Under the pieces are notes generated by a model that saw nothing but the letters and a program-made list of their open reading frames with translations, ran no database searches and was not told the DNA's origin. From the NCBI GenBank assembly GCA_964541055.1, contig CAZIQR010000003.1, positions 1 through 36,574 on the forward strand: DNA of 36,574 nucleotides. The letters are read 5' to 3'. The translations under genes were made by a program, and so were the position numbers. Shown one piece after another: positions 1 to 8,457 of the stretch (the stretch's first letter is position 1; each line of letters opens with the position of its first letter). This stretch comes from an uncultured Eubacteriales bacterium (lineage in GTDB: Bacteria > Acidobacteriota > Aminicenantia > Aminicenantales > Saccharicenantaceae).

Positions 1-219
1 GGGCCCCAGGGCTTCAACACCGGCATGAACCTGGGCCCAAGCGCCGGCGCCGGCGTCGCCGGGCACTACCACCTCCACGTCGTTCCCCGCTGGACGGGGG
101 ACGCGAACTTCATGCCCCTTTTCGCCGGAACCCGGGTCTTCATCGAGGACCTTGAAACGACCTATCAGAAGCTGCGTCCCCTGTTCGACCGCGAGCACCG
201 GCGCCGCTCTTCGAGGTAA
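1..219 (+). CDS. HIT (histidine triad) family hydrolase, C-terminal part (5' end outside window)
   Basis: The reading frame is open from base 1. It contains the histidine-triad motif HYHLHVVPRW and ends at stop TAA 217-219. Confidence 0.8.
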   Translation, partial: GPQGFNTGMNLGPSAGAGVAGHYHLHVVPRWTGDANFMPLFAGTRVFIEDLETTYQKLRPLFDREHRRRSSR

Positions 220-222
220 GCC

Positions 223-2154
223 ATGCTGAAAACCATGCGACGCAACGTCAAATCGCTCAAGCCCATCCTCTGGCTCATCGTGGCCACGTTCGTGGTCGCG
301 ATCTTCGCCATCTGGGGTGGCGCCGGACGGCTGGGCGAGGGCGGCCGGTCCGACGCGCTGGCCACGGTCGGCGGGACCAAGATCAGCTCCGACGCCTACT
401 TCCAGGCCCTGCGCCAGAGGCTCGACGCGATCGGCAAGCAGTTCCAGGGCGAGCTCAACGCCCAACTCATCCAGCAGCTCGGCCTGCCCCAGCAGGTCCT
501 GGAGCAGCTCGTCCAGCAGCGGCTGCTGCTCGCCATCGCCTCGGACATGGGCCTGCGGGCCACGGACGCCGAGGTCCGGGACAAGATCGTGAGCTACCCG
601 GCCCTGCAGCAGGACGGCCAGTTCGTCGGCTTCGAGGCCTACCGGCGGATCCTCGAATACAACCACATCCCCCTGGCCGAGTTCGAGGCCAGCCTCCGGC
701 AGGACGTCCTCATGACCGAGGTCGTCGACGTCCTGACGGCCGGCGTCTTCGTCACCGACGACGAGGTCTGGGAGTCCTACCGCAAGCAGAACGACTCGGC
801 CAAGATCGAGTACCTCGTCGCCGAGACGGCCAAGATGGAGGTCACGGGGACCCCGTCCGAGGCCGAGCTCCGGGCCCATTTCGACAAGACCAAGGCGGGC
901 TACCGCATCCCCGAGAAGCGAACCGCCGAATACGCCGTCCTGAGAACGGCCGACCTCAAGAAAGGGGTCGCCGTGACGGACGCCGAGATCGAAAAGTACT
1001 ACGCCGGCAACACGGCCCAGTTCCAGGAGCCCGAGAAGACCCGGGTCAGCCGGATCTGGCTCCCCTCCACGGCGGCCGACAAGGCCAAAGTGCTGGCCGA
1101 GGCCCAGGGCCTCCGCAAGCGCGCGGCCGGGGGCGAGGACTTCGCCGCCCTGGCCCGGGCCCATTCGAAGGACGACAAAGCCTCCGCCGGCGGCGACTGG
1201 GGCCTCTATGACTGGCGCTCGCTCAGCGCGGCCGAGACCGAGGCCGCGGCCAAGCTCGATAAGGGCGGCGTCTCCGACGTCGTCGAGACCGAGACCGGCG
1301 CGGCCATCCTGAAGGTCGACGACAAGGCCCCGGCCGTCACCAAGCCGTTGGCCGAGGTCAAGGCCACGATCAAGGGCCTTCTCGAGGACGAGAAGGCCCG
1401 GGCCCTCGTCGCCGAGCGGATCCAGCGGCTCGAGCAGCTGGCCCGCAAGGAGAAGAGCCTGGACGTCGCGGCCCAGAAGGAAGGCCTCAAGCCGGCCTCG
1501 ACCGGGGCCCTCAAGAAAGGCGACCCGCTGGGCGATTTTGACACGTCCGGGGCGGTCAGCGAGGCGATCTTCGGCCTCAAGGAGAAGGAGATCTCCGGGC
1601 CGATCTTCACCTACGCCGGCGAGGCCCTGGCCGAGCTCAAGGCGATCGAGCCCGAGCGCCCGGCGACGTTCGAAGAGGTCCGGGACCAGGTCGCGAAGGA
1701 CATCCTCGACGATCTCCGGAAAACCAAGGCCCTGGCCGAGCTCCGCGCCGTCCGGGCCTCGCTCAAGGACGACTGGAGCGGCGAAGCGACCAAGCTCAAG
1801 CTCCAGTACAAGTTCGTCGAGGCCCACAAGCCGGAGCAATACCTGAGCCTCGTCGGCGACCGGCCGGAGATCGACCGGCTCGTCTTCAGCCTGCCCGTCA
1901 AGCAGACGAGCGAGCCGATGCCCGTCGACGAAGGCTACGCGCTCTTCCGGGTCCTCGAGCGGAAAGATGTGACCCGGGCGGACTTCGACAAAGTCAAGGC
2001 GACCGAACGGGGAACGCTCCTCGAGCAGAAGAAGAACGAGTTCCTCCAGTCCTACCTGACCAAGGCCCGCGAGGAGAAGAAGGTCCGGATCAACGCCGCG
2101 ACGTTCCAACGCCTCACGGAAGACGTCCTCTCGAGGTACTCCAAGACATCCTGA
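223..2154 (+). CDS. ppiD: PpiD-like periplasmic chaperone / parvulin-type peptidyl-prolyl isomerase
   Basis: 643-aa ORF. An N-terminal single TM helix (ILWLIVATFVVAIFAIWGG) is followed by a long SurA-N-like region and a parvulin-like segment (RVSRIWLP...EDFAALARAHSKD...GGDWGLY). The ATG lies 3 nt after the HIT stop. Confidence 0.75.
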   Translation: MLKTMRRNVKSLKPILWLIVATFVVAIFAIWGGAGRLGEGGRSDALATVGGTKISSDAYFQALRQRLDAIGKQFQGELNAQLIQQLGLPQQVLEQLVQQRLLLAIASDMGLRATDAEVRDKIVSYPALQQDGQFVGFEAYRRILEYNHIPLAEFEASLRQDVLMTEVVDVLTAGVFVTDDEVWESYRKQNDSAKIEYLVAETAKMEVTGTPSEAELRAHFDKTKAGYRIPEKRTAEYAVLRTADLKKGVAVTDAEIEKYYAGNTAQFQEPEKTRVSRIWLPSTAADKAKVLAEAQGLRKRAAGGEDFAALARAHSKDDKASAGGDWGLYDWRSLSAAETEAAAKLDKGGVSDVVETETGAAILKVDDKAPAVTKPLAEVKATIKGLLEDEKARALVAERIQRLEQLARKEKSLDVAAQKEGLKPASTGALKKGDPLGDFDTSGAVSEAIFGLKEKEISGPIFTYAGEALAELKAIEPERPATFEEVRDQVAKDILDDLRKTKALAELRAVRASLKDDWSGEATKLKLQYKFVEAHKPEQYLSLVGDRPEIDRLVFSLPVKQTSEPMPVDEGYALFRVLERKDVTRADFDKVKATERGTLLEQKKNEFLQSYLTKAREEKKVRINAATFQRLTEDVLSRYSKTS

Positions 2155-2207
2155 GTCTCTTCGCCTGAGTTTCGTCGATATACGAACACGCTCGGAATGG
2201 AGGCCGC

Positions 2208-4211
2208 ATGGAGACGTCCCGCAAGTCCCTCCCGCCTGAGGCCTATCAAGAGCTCGCCCCCGGTCAAACCTACACGCCCTTCGAGCCGGCCGAGACCGGC
2301 GTCCCGGAGATCACGGTCCGTTCGGTGCTGTGGGGCCTGTTCATGTCCCTGTTCTTCACCTTCTCGATCGCCTACCTCGGCCTGAAGGTCGGCACCGTGC
2401 CCGAGGCGGCCATCCCCATCGCCATCCTGGCCGTCGGCATCGGCTACGTCTATAAAAGGAAGAGCTCGATCCTGGAGAACGTCATCCTTCAGTCGATCGG
2501 CTCGGCGTCCGGGGCCCTCGTGGCCGGGGCCATCTTCACCATCCCGGCCCTGTACATCCTGGGGCTGCCGACCGACATCGTCAAGATCTTCCTCTCGACC
2601 TTCCTCGGCGGCTGCCTCGGGATCCTCTTCCTGACGCCGCTCCGGCGCTACTTCTGCGTCGAGCAGCACGGCAAGCTCCCCTTCCCGGAGGCCACGGCCA
2701 CAACCGAGATCCTGGTCTCGGGCGAGTCCGGCGGCAAGCAGGCCGGGGCGCTGATCCTGGGCGTCGCCGTCAGCGGGGTCTATGAGTTCCTGACGATCGG
2801 CGTCCGGCTCTGGGACGAGAACATCAACTTCCGCTTCCTGCCGTTCATGGACCACCTCGCCGCCAAGGCCAAGATGGTCCTCAAGCTCGATGCCCTCTCG
2901 GCTTTCCTCGGCCTCGGCTATGTCATCGGCCTGCGCTACAACGCCGTCATCGTCGCCGGCGGCCTGCTCTCCCACTTCGCCTTCATCCCGGCCATCTGGT
3001 TCCTCGGCCAGCACCTGACCGGGGCGGTCTATCCCGGCGCGGTGCCCATCGCCCAGATGAGCGAGACGCAGATCTTCAGCACCTACGTCCGCAACATCGG
3101 CATCGGGGCCATCTTCATGGCCGGCGTCCTGGGGATCATCAAATCCATGCCGGTCATGGTCAAGTCGTTCTCGCTCGGCTTCCGCGAGCTCTTCAAGGGC
3201 AAGGACGCCGGCGCGGCGCAGGTCAAGCGCATCGGCCGCGACCTGAACATGAAGACGATCATCCTCGGCCTCGCCGCCACAGCCGTCGGCCTGTTCCTCT
3301 ATTTTCTGTGGATCTCGAACCTCAAGCTGGCCATCATCGGCGTCGTCATCTGCATCCTGCTCTCGTTCCTCTTCACGACGGTCGCCGCCTACGCCATCGC
3401 CATCGTCGGCACGAACCCGGTCTCGGGCATGACCCTGATCACCATCATCCTCTCGAGCGTCATCCTGCTCGGCGCCGGCCTGTCCGGGGAGTCGGGCATG
3501 GCCGTGGCCCTGCTCATCGGGGCCGTCGTCTGCACGGCCCTGTCGATCTCGGGCTCGTTCGTCACCGACCTCAAGATCGGCTACTGGCTGGGCGCGACGC
3601 CCCGCAACCAGGAGCGCTTCAAGTTCGCCGGCATCCTCGTCTCGGCGCTGACGGTCGGCGTCGCCATCACCATCCTCGACAAGGCCTTCTCCTTCCAGAG
3701 CGGGGCCCTGGCCGCGCCCCAGGCCAACCTGATGGCCACGGTCATCAAGTCGATGATGTCGCGCGAGCCCGTGACCTGGCTCCTCTACGGCATCGGCGCC
3801 TCGGTGGCCCTCGTGGCCGAGCTGGCCAAGGTGCCGCCGCTGGCCTTCGCCCTGGGCATGTATCTGCCCCTGCCCCTGACGACGCCCCTCCTCGTCGGCG
3901 GCTTCCTCTCGCACCTGGTCAAGTCCTTGACCAAGGACAAGGCCCTCGGCGAGCGGCGCAACAACCGCGGCACGCTCATCTCGTCGGGCTTCATCGCCGG
4001 CGGCGCCCTCATGGGCGTCATCCTGGCCATCCTCAAGCTCCTCAAGGTCGACCATGTCATCAGCCTGGGCATCCCCATGGTGCTCGAGGGCGGGCGCTGG
4101 GTCGACGGCACGCCCTGGCCCTGGTTCAACCAGTACGGACAGGTCTTCAGCCTCGTCGCGTTCGTCCTGCTGTGCGGCTTCGTCTATTGGGACGCACGGC
4201 GGCAGGAATAA
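2208..4211 (+). CDS. OPT-family oligopeptide transporter
   Basis: 667-aa polytopic membrane protein. The N-terminus (PFEPAETGVPEITVRSVLWGLFMSLFFTFSIAYLGLKVGTVPEAAIP) and overall length are typical of bacterial OPT-superfamily transporters. SD GGAGG at 2198-2202. Confidence 0.85.
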   Translation: METSRKSLPPEAYQELAPGQTYTPFEPAETGVPEITVRSVLWGLFMSLFFTFSIAYLGLKVGTVPEAAIPIAILAVGIGYVYKRKSSILENVILQSIGSASGALVAGAIFTIPALYILGLPTDIVKIFLSTFLGGCLGILFLTPLRRYFCVEQHGKLPFPEATATTEILVSGESGGKQAGALILGVAVSGVYEFLTIGVRLWDENINFRFLPFMDHLAAKAKMVLKLDALSAFLGLGYVIGLRYNAVIVAGGLLSHFAFIPAIWFLGQHLTGAVYPGAVPIAQMSETQIFSTYVRNIGIGAIFMAGVLGIIKSMPVMVKSFSLGFRELFKGKDAGAAQVKRIGRDLNMKTIILGLAATAVGLFLYFLWISNLKLAIIGVVICILLSFLFTTVAAYAIAIVGTNPVSGMTLITIILSSVILLGAGLSGESGMAVALLIGAVVCTALSISGSFVTDLKIGYWLGATPRNQERFKFAGILVSALTVGVAITILDKAFSFQSGALAAPQANLMATVIKSMMSREPVTWLLYGIGASVALVAELAKVPPLAFALGMYLPLPLTTPLLVGGFLSHLVKSLTKDKALGERRNNRGTLISSGFIAGGALMGVILAILKLLKVDHVISLGIPMVLEGGRWVDGTPWPWFNQYGQVFSLVAFVLLCGFVYWDARRQE

Positions 4212-4238
4212 CGATATGATGCGAACGGGAGGTTGCGC

Positions 4239-5186
4239 ATGAAACACACCAAGCTTGACGCGGCGGCCGACCGGGCCATCAACCAGGCCCTCCGGCTCAA
4301 GCCCCGGGAAAAGTACCTGCTGGTCACGGACATCCAGAAGCTCGAGATCGCCGAAGCGCTGGCTTTCCACGCCAAGCAGGCCGGCGCGGAGACGACGACG
4401 TATCTCATGACCGAGACGCTGCGGCCGATCACCGAGCCGACGCGCCCGTTCAAGGAGCTCATCCGCGGCGCGAACGTCACGACCTATCTCCTCGAGGGGC
4501 GGTTCCCGGAAAAGCCCTTCCGCGGCTTCATGGTCGCCGAGGGGGCCAAGCACGGCCGCATCTGCATGATGCCCGGCATCACCAAGGACATGATGGAGCG
4601 GCTGGTGGCCATCGACTTCACCGAGATGGCCCGGTTCACGAAGCAGGTCATGCGGCTCATGAAGGACGCCGGCGACGTCACCGTCGAGAACGCGGCCGGG
4701 ACGAAGATCGCCTTCAGCGTCGAGGGCCGGCGCTGGGACGCCGACATCGGCGACATCTCCAAGAAGGGCGTCCACGGCAACCTTCCGGCCGGGGAGTGCT
4801 TCACCTGCCCGGTCGAGGAGACCTTCACCGGCAAGATCGCGATCGGCCTCATCGACGACAAGATGGGGCCCGGCGAGATGACGTTCAAAGCCGGGAAGCT
4901 CATCGGTTTCAAAGGCGCCGGCATCGCCGAGGTCATCAAGACGGTCGGCGACGACCCGACGGCCCGTATCATCGGCGAGTTCGGCATCGGCACGAACCGG
5001 GGCGCCCGGATCTCGCCCAACATGCTCGAGGCCGAGAAGGCCTTCGGCACGGTCCACTTCGCGATCGGCGACTCCTATGGCATCGGCACGAACAAGAGCA
5101 AGTACCACTTCGACGCCCTGGTCGAGAAGGTGACCATCACGGCCAAGGGCCGGACGATCGCCAAGGACGGCAAGTTCCTCATTTAA
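4239..5186 (+). CDS. Aminopeptidase, M29 (AmpS/aminopeptidase T)-like
   Basis: The C-terminal GEFGIGTN and HFAIGDSYG segments resemble the M29 thermophilic metalloprotease family. I prefer ATG 4239 (SD GGGAGG 4227-4232, 6-nt spacer) to the track's TTG 4233, which abuts the SD. Confidence 0.65.
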   Translation: MKHTKLDAAADRAINQALRLKPREKYLLVTDIQKLEIAEALAFHAKQAGAETTTYLMTETLRPITEPTRPFKELIRGANVTTYLLEGRFPEKPFRGFMVAEGAKHGRICMMPGITKDMMERLVAIDFTEMARFTKQVMRLMKDAGDVTVENAAGTKIAFSVEGRRWDADIGDISKKGVHGNLPAGECFTCPVEETFTGKIAIGLIDDKMGPGEMTFKAGKLIGFKGAGIAEVIKTVGDDPTARIIGEFGIGTNRGARISPNMLEAEKAFGTVHFAIGDSYGIGTNKSKYHFDALVEKVTITAKGRTIAKDGKFLI

Positions 5187-5189
5187 AAC

Positions 5190-6359
5190 ATGTCCCGCTT
5201 TGACAAGGTCATCGACCGGTGCGGGACCGAGTCGATGAAATGGATCTACCCCCGCCAGGTCCTCGGCGTGCCGGACGCCATCCCGATGTGGGTGGCCGAC
5301 ATGGACTTCGAGTCGCCGCCGGCCGTCATCGACGCCCTGCGCCGCCGGGTCGAGCACGGCGTCTTCGGCTATCCCCTCGTCCCGCCGTCGCTCTTCGAGG
5401 CGGCCATCGGCTGGATGCGGCGGCGGCACGGCTGGGCCATCGAGACGAGCTGGATCTCCATGATGCCCGGGATCGTGGCCGCCCTCAACTACGCTGTGAG
5501 GGCCTTCACCCGGCCGGGCGATCCGGTCCTCATCCAAACCCCCGTCTACCATCCCTTCTATTACGCGATCGAGAACAACGGGCGGCGGGTCGTCCGCAAT
5601 CCGCTCCGGTCCGGCGGCGGGCGCTATACCATGGACCTCGACGACCTCCGGTCCAAGATCGACGCCCCCGGCCGGATGCTCATCGTCTGCAGCCCCCACA
5701 ATCCCGTCGGACGCGTCTGGGCGCGTGAGGAGCTCGAGGCCCTGGGCCGGATCGCGGTCGAGCGGGACCTCATTGTCATCGCCGACGAGATCCACCACGA
5801 CCTCGTCTTCCGGGGCCACCGCCATCATGTCTTTGCCGCCCTCGCTCCCGAGCTCGCCCAACAGACGGTCACGTGTATCGCCCCGAGCAAGACCTTCAAC
5901 ATCGCCGGCCTGACCACGGCCGCCGTCGTGGCCGCCAACCCCGACCTGCTGAAGAAGCTCGAGGAGGAGGCCGAGCGCTCCGGTTTCGATCTCGGGAACG
6001 CTCTCGGCCTCGTCGCCTTCGAAGCGGCCTACCGCCACGGCGAGGACTGGCTCGACGCGCTTTTGCCCTACCTCGAGGGGAACGTCGACCTCATCGAGCG
6101 CTTCGTCGCCGACCGGCTGCCCGAGATCCGCTTCATCCGTCCCGAGGGGACCTACCTGGCCCTTCTCGACTGCCGCGGCCTCCATCTCGAGCCGGGGACG
6201 CTCAACGATTTCTTCCTCAAGCAGTGCCGTGTCTATTTCAGCGACGGGGCCATGTTCGGGGCCGAGCTCGAAGGGTTCATCCGCATCAACTTCGGCTGCC
6301 CGCGCTCGGTCCTGCTCGAAGCCCTGGAGCGGATCGAGCGGGCCCTTCGATCGAAATAG
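5190..6359 (+). CDS. MalY/PatB-type PLP-dependent C-S lyase (cystathionine beta-lyase-like aminotransferase class I/II)
   Basis: N-terminus FDKVIDRCGTESMKW, PLP-lysine motif SKTFNIAG, and a 389-aa length typical of the family. The start is 3 nt after the upstream stop. Confidence 0.85.
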   Translation: MSRFDKVIDRCGTESMKWIYPRQVLGVPDAIPMWVADMDFESPPAVIDALRRRVEHGVFGYPLVPPSLFEAAIGWMRRRHGWAIETSWISMMPGIVAALNYAVRAFTRPGDPVLIQTPVYHPFYYAIENNGRRVVRNPLRSGGGRYTMDLDDLRSKIDAPGRMLIVCSPHNPVGRVWAREELEALGRIAVERDLIVIADEIHHDLVFRGHRHHVFAALAPELAQQTVTCIAPSKTFNIAGLTTAAVVAANPDLLKKLEEEAERSGFDLGNALGLVAFEAAYRHGEDWLDALLPYLEGNVDLIERFVADRLPEIRFIRPEGTYLALLDCRGLHLEPGTLNDFFLKQCRVYFSDGAMFGAELEGFIRINFGCPRSVLLEALERIERALRSK

Positions 6360-6370
6360 CCTCCGAATCG

Positions 6371-6379
6371 TGGTATCCT
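6371..6379 (+). promoter_or_regulatory. Possible internal extended -10 (TGgTATCCT) upstream of the glycosidase lipoprotein gene
   Basis: TGG TATCCT lies 27 nt before ATG 6407. There is no convincing -35. Confidence 0.3.
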
Positions 6380-6406
6380 TGGCGCCTCTCTGACGAAGGA
6401 GGCTCG

Positions 6407-8449
6407 ATGCGCGGCCGGAACATCCCCCGTGTCTTTTCATCCCTGCTCGCGGCGCTCGTCCTGTGGTCCTGCGGATCCCCGCCGCAGGGACCGGCGTCCT
6501 CGAAGGAGGTCCGTTCGTCTCCTCTCGCCCGCAAGGACGCCTTCTTCGGCCTCCACTTCGACCTCCACCCCGGCGCGACCGACACCTCGCTTGGCGCCGA
6601 CATCTCCGAGGCCAACATCCTGGACCTCCTCGACCGGGTCAAGCCCGACTTCGTCCAATATGACTGCAAAGGCCATCCCGGCTGGGCCGGCTATCCGACC
6701 GCGGTCGGCTGGGCCAGCCCCGGGATCGTCAACGACAGCCTGGCCGTTTGGCGGAAGGCGACCCGGGCGCGGGGCGTCGGCCTTTACATCCACTACTCGG
6801 GGGTCTGGGACAGCAAGGCCATCGAAGAGCATCCGGATTGGGCCCGGGTCGATGCGAACGGCAAGCGCGATCCGAACGCCACAAGTGTTTTCGGCCCTTA
6901 TGTCGACGAGTTGCTCATTCCCCAGCTCAAAGAGGTCACCGTCAAGTACGACCTCGACGGGGTCTGGGCCGACGGCGAGTGCTGGGGCGCCAGGCTCGAC
7001 TATTCGCCGCGGGCCCTGGCCGCCTGGACCAAGGAGACCGGCTATCAGGACGCCCCCAAGGATCGGAAGGACCCGCGCTGGCTCGAATGGAAGATGTTCC
7101 ACCGCCGGGCCTTCGAGCGCTATCTCGCTCACTGGATCGACGCCGTGCACGCCGCCCGGCCGTCCCTGCAGCTGACCTCGAATTGGATGTACACCTCGTT
7201 CGCGCCCAAGCCGGTCGAGGCCAAGCTCGATTTTCTCTCGGGCGATTATTCGCCGTCGCTCTCGGTCGACCGGGCCCGGCTCGAGGCCCGCTACCTCGCC
7301 TCGACCGGCATGCCTTGGGACCTCATGGCCTGGGGCTTCGACAAGGGCCAGGGGCTCGGCTGGTCGATCAAGCCGGCCGTTCACCTGATGCAGGAGGCCG
7401 CCGTCGTCATCATGCAGGGCGGCGGCTTCCAGATCTACAACACCCCGACGCGCTCGGGATACATCGTCGAGCCGATCATCGCCCAGGAGGAAGCCGTGGC
7501 CGCGTTCTGCCGGGCCCGCCAGTCCGTCAGCCACAAGAGCGCGAGCGTGCCCCAGGTCGCCCTGCTCCTCTCGAGCGAAAGCTTCTGGGACCGGTCCGAC
7601 GCGGTCTTTTCGCCGGGCGATGAATTCGTCGAGCTCGAGGGCGCCCTCCACGCCCTCCTCAACCTCCACTATTCGGTCGACATCCTGGCCGAACATCAGC
7701 TCCAGCCGCGGCTCGACGAGTTCCCGCTCGTCGTCGTTCCGGGCTGGCACAAGCTAACGGCGGATTTCCGCGACGCCCTGACCGCCTACGTCGAGCGAGG
7801 CGGGAGCCTGCTCCTTCTCGGCGGGCCGAGCGCCCGCCTGTTCGCGCCGATCCTCGGGGCCGCCCTCCTCGGAGAGCCGGATCAACGCACGGCGGAGCTC
7901 GCCTGTCCGGCCGGCATCGTCAACGCCGACGGCGTCTGGCAAAAGGTCGAGGTGACGACCGCCAAGGCCGCGGGATCCTTTTATCCGACGCGGGACGTCC
8001 GCAAAGGCGGCGAGGTCGCGGCCACCGTCAACGCCGTCGGCAAGGGCCGGGTGGCCGCCGTCTACGGCCCGGTCGCCTCGATCTATTTCCGCTCCCATCA
8101 CCCCTGGCTGCGGGATCTCCTTGGCGGGCTCGTGAGCGAGCTCTTCCCCGATCCGTCCGTGCGGGTCGAGGGCCCGCCCGCGCTCGACGTCGCGTTGAGG
8201 CGGACCGCCGACGGCCGGCTCTCCGTCCACCTGCTCAACACGACCGGGCTCCCGGTCCCCGATCGCTACGGCTTCACCGACTTCATCCCCCCGGTCGGGC
8301 CAGTCCGCCTCGCGATCAAGCTGGCGGCCCATCCGTCCGCCGTGAGCTGGGTCCCCGACGGTGGCAAGCTCGACTGGACCTGGTCCGACGGCCTGCTCAA
8401 GGTCGCGATCCCCCGGCTCGAGATCCACGGCGTCGTCGTCATCGATTAG
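6407..8449 (+). CDS. Putative glycoside hydrolase lipoprotein (GHL6/GH29-like TIM barrel plus GH42-trimerisation-like C-terminal domain)
   Basis: ATG 6407 is preceded by SD GAAGGAGG (6395-6402). The signal peptide carries a lipobox (ALVLWS-C). The barrel-like region reads FFGLHFDLHP...DFVQYDCKGHPGWAGYP...DGVWADGECW, and the later segment LVVVPGWHKL...GGSLLLLGG resembles the amidotransferase-like domain of GH42. The in-frame upstream extension to 5873 overlaps the C-S lyase gene and is not credible. Confidence 0.6.
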   Translation: MRGRNIPRVFSSLLAALVLWSCGSPPQGPASSKEVRSSPLARKDAFFGLHFDLHPGATDTSLGADISEANILDLLDRVKPDFVQYDCKGHPGWAGYPTAVGWASPGIVNDSLAVWRKATRARGVGLYIHYSGVWDSKAIEEHPDWARVDANGKRDPNATSVFGPYVDELLIPQLKEVTVKYDLDGVWADGECWGARLDYSPRALAAWTKETGYQDAPKDRKDPRWLEWKMFHRRAFERYLAHWIDAVHAARPSLQLTSNWMYTSFAPKPVEAKLDFLSGDYSPSLSVDRARLEARYLASTGMPWDLMAWGFDKGQGLGWSIKPAVHLMQEAAVVIMQGGGFQIYNTPTRSGYIVEPIIAQEEAVAAFCRARQSVSHKSASVPQVALLLSSESFWDRSDAVFSPGDEFVELEGALHALLNLHYSVDILAEHQLQPRLDEFPLVVVPGWHKLTADFRDALTAYVERGGSLLLLGGPSARLFAPILGAALLGEPDQRTAELACPAGIVNADGVWQKVEVTTAKAAGSFYPTRDVRKGGEVAATVNAVGKGRVAAVYGPVASIYFRSHHPWLRDLLGGLVSELFPDPSVRVEGPPALDVALRRTADGRLSVHLLNTTGLPVPDRYGFTDFIPPVGPVRLAIKLAAHPSAVSWVPDGGKLDWTWSDGLLKVAIPRLEIHGVVVID

Positions 8450-8457
8450 GAGCCGCC

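Noticed and set aside
5873-6406. In-frame N-terminal extension of the glycosidase lipoprotein ORF. The MFS ORF has a similar extension at 14133-15281.
   Set aside because: The extensions overlap the preceding genes out of frame and have shadow-type composition. Internal ATGs with a good SD (6407) or stop/start coupling (15282) give proper signal or TM N-termini.
2052-6440. A 1462-aa ORF on the - strand spanning four + strand genes.
   Set aside because: It is antisense to well-supported genes (OPT transporter, aminopeptidase, C-S lyase). Its translation is low-complexity and rich in R/G/D/E/A/P, with no recognisable domain. This is the typical stop-codon-poor shadow frame of very GC-rich DNA.
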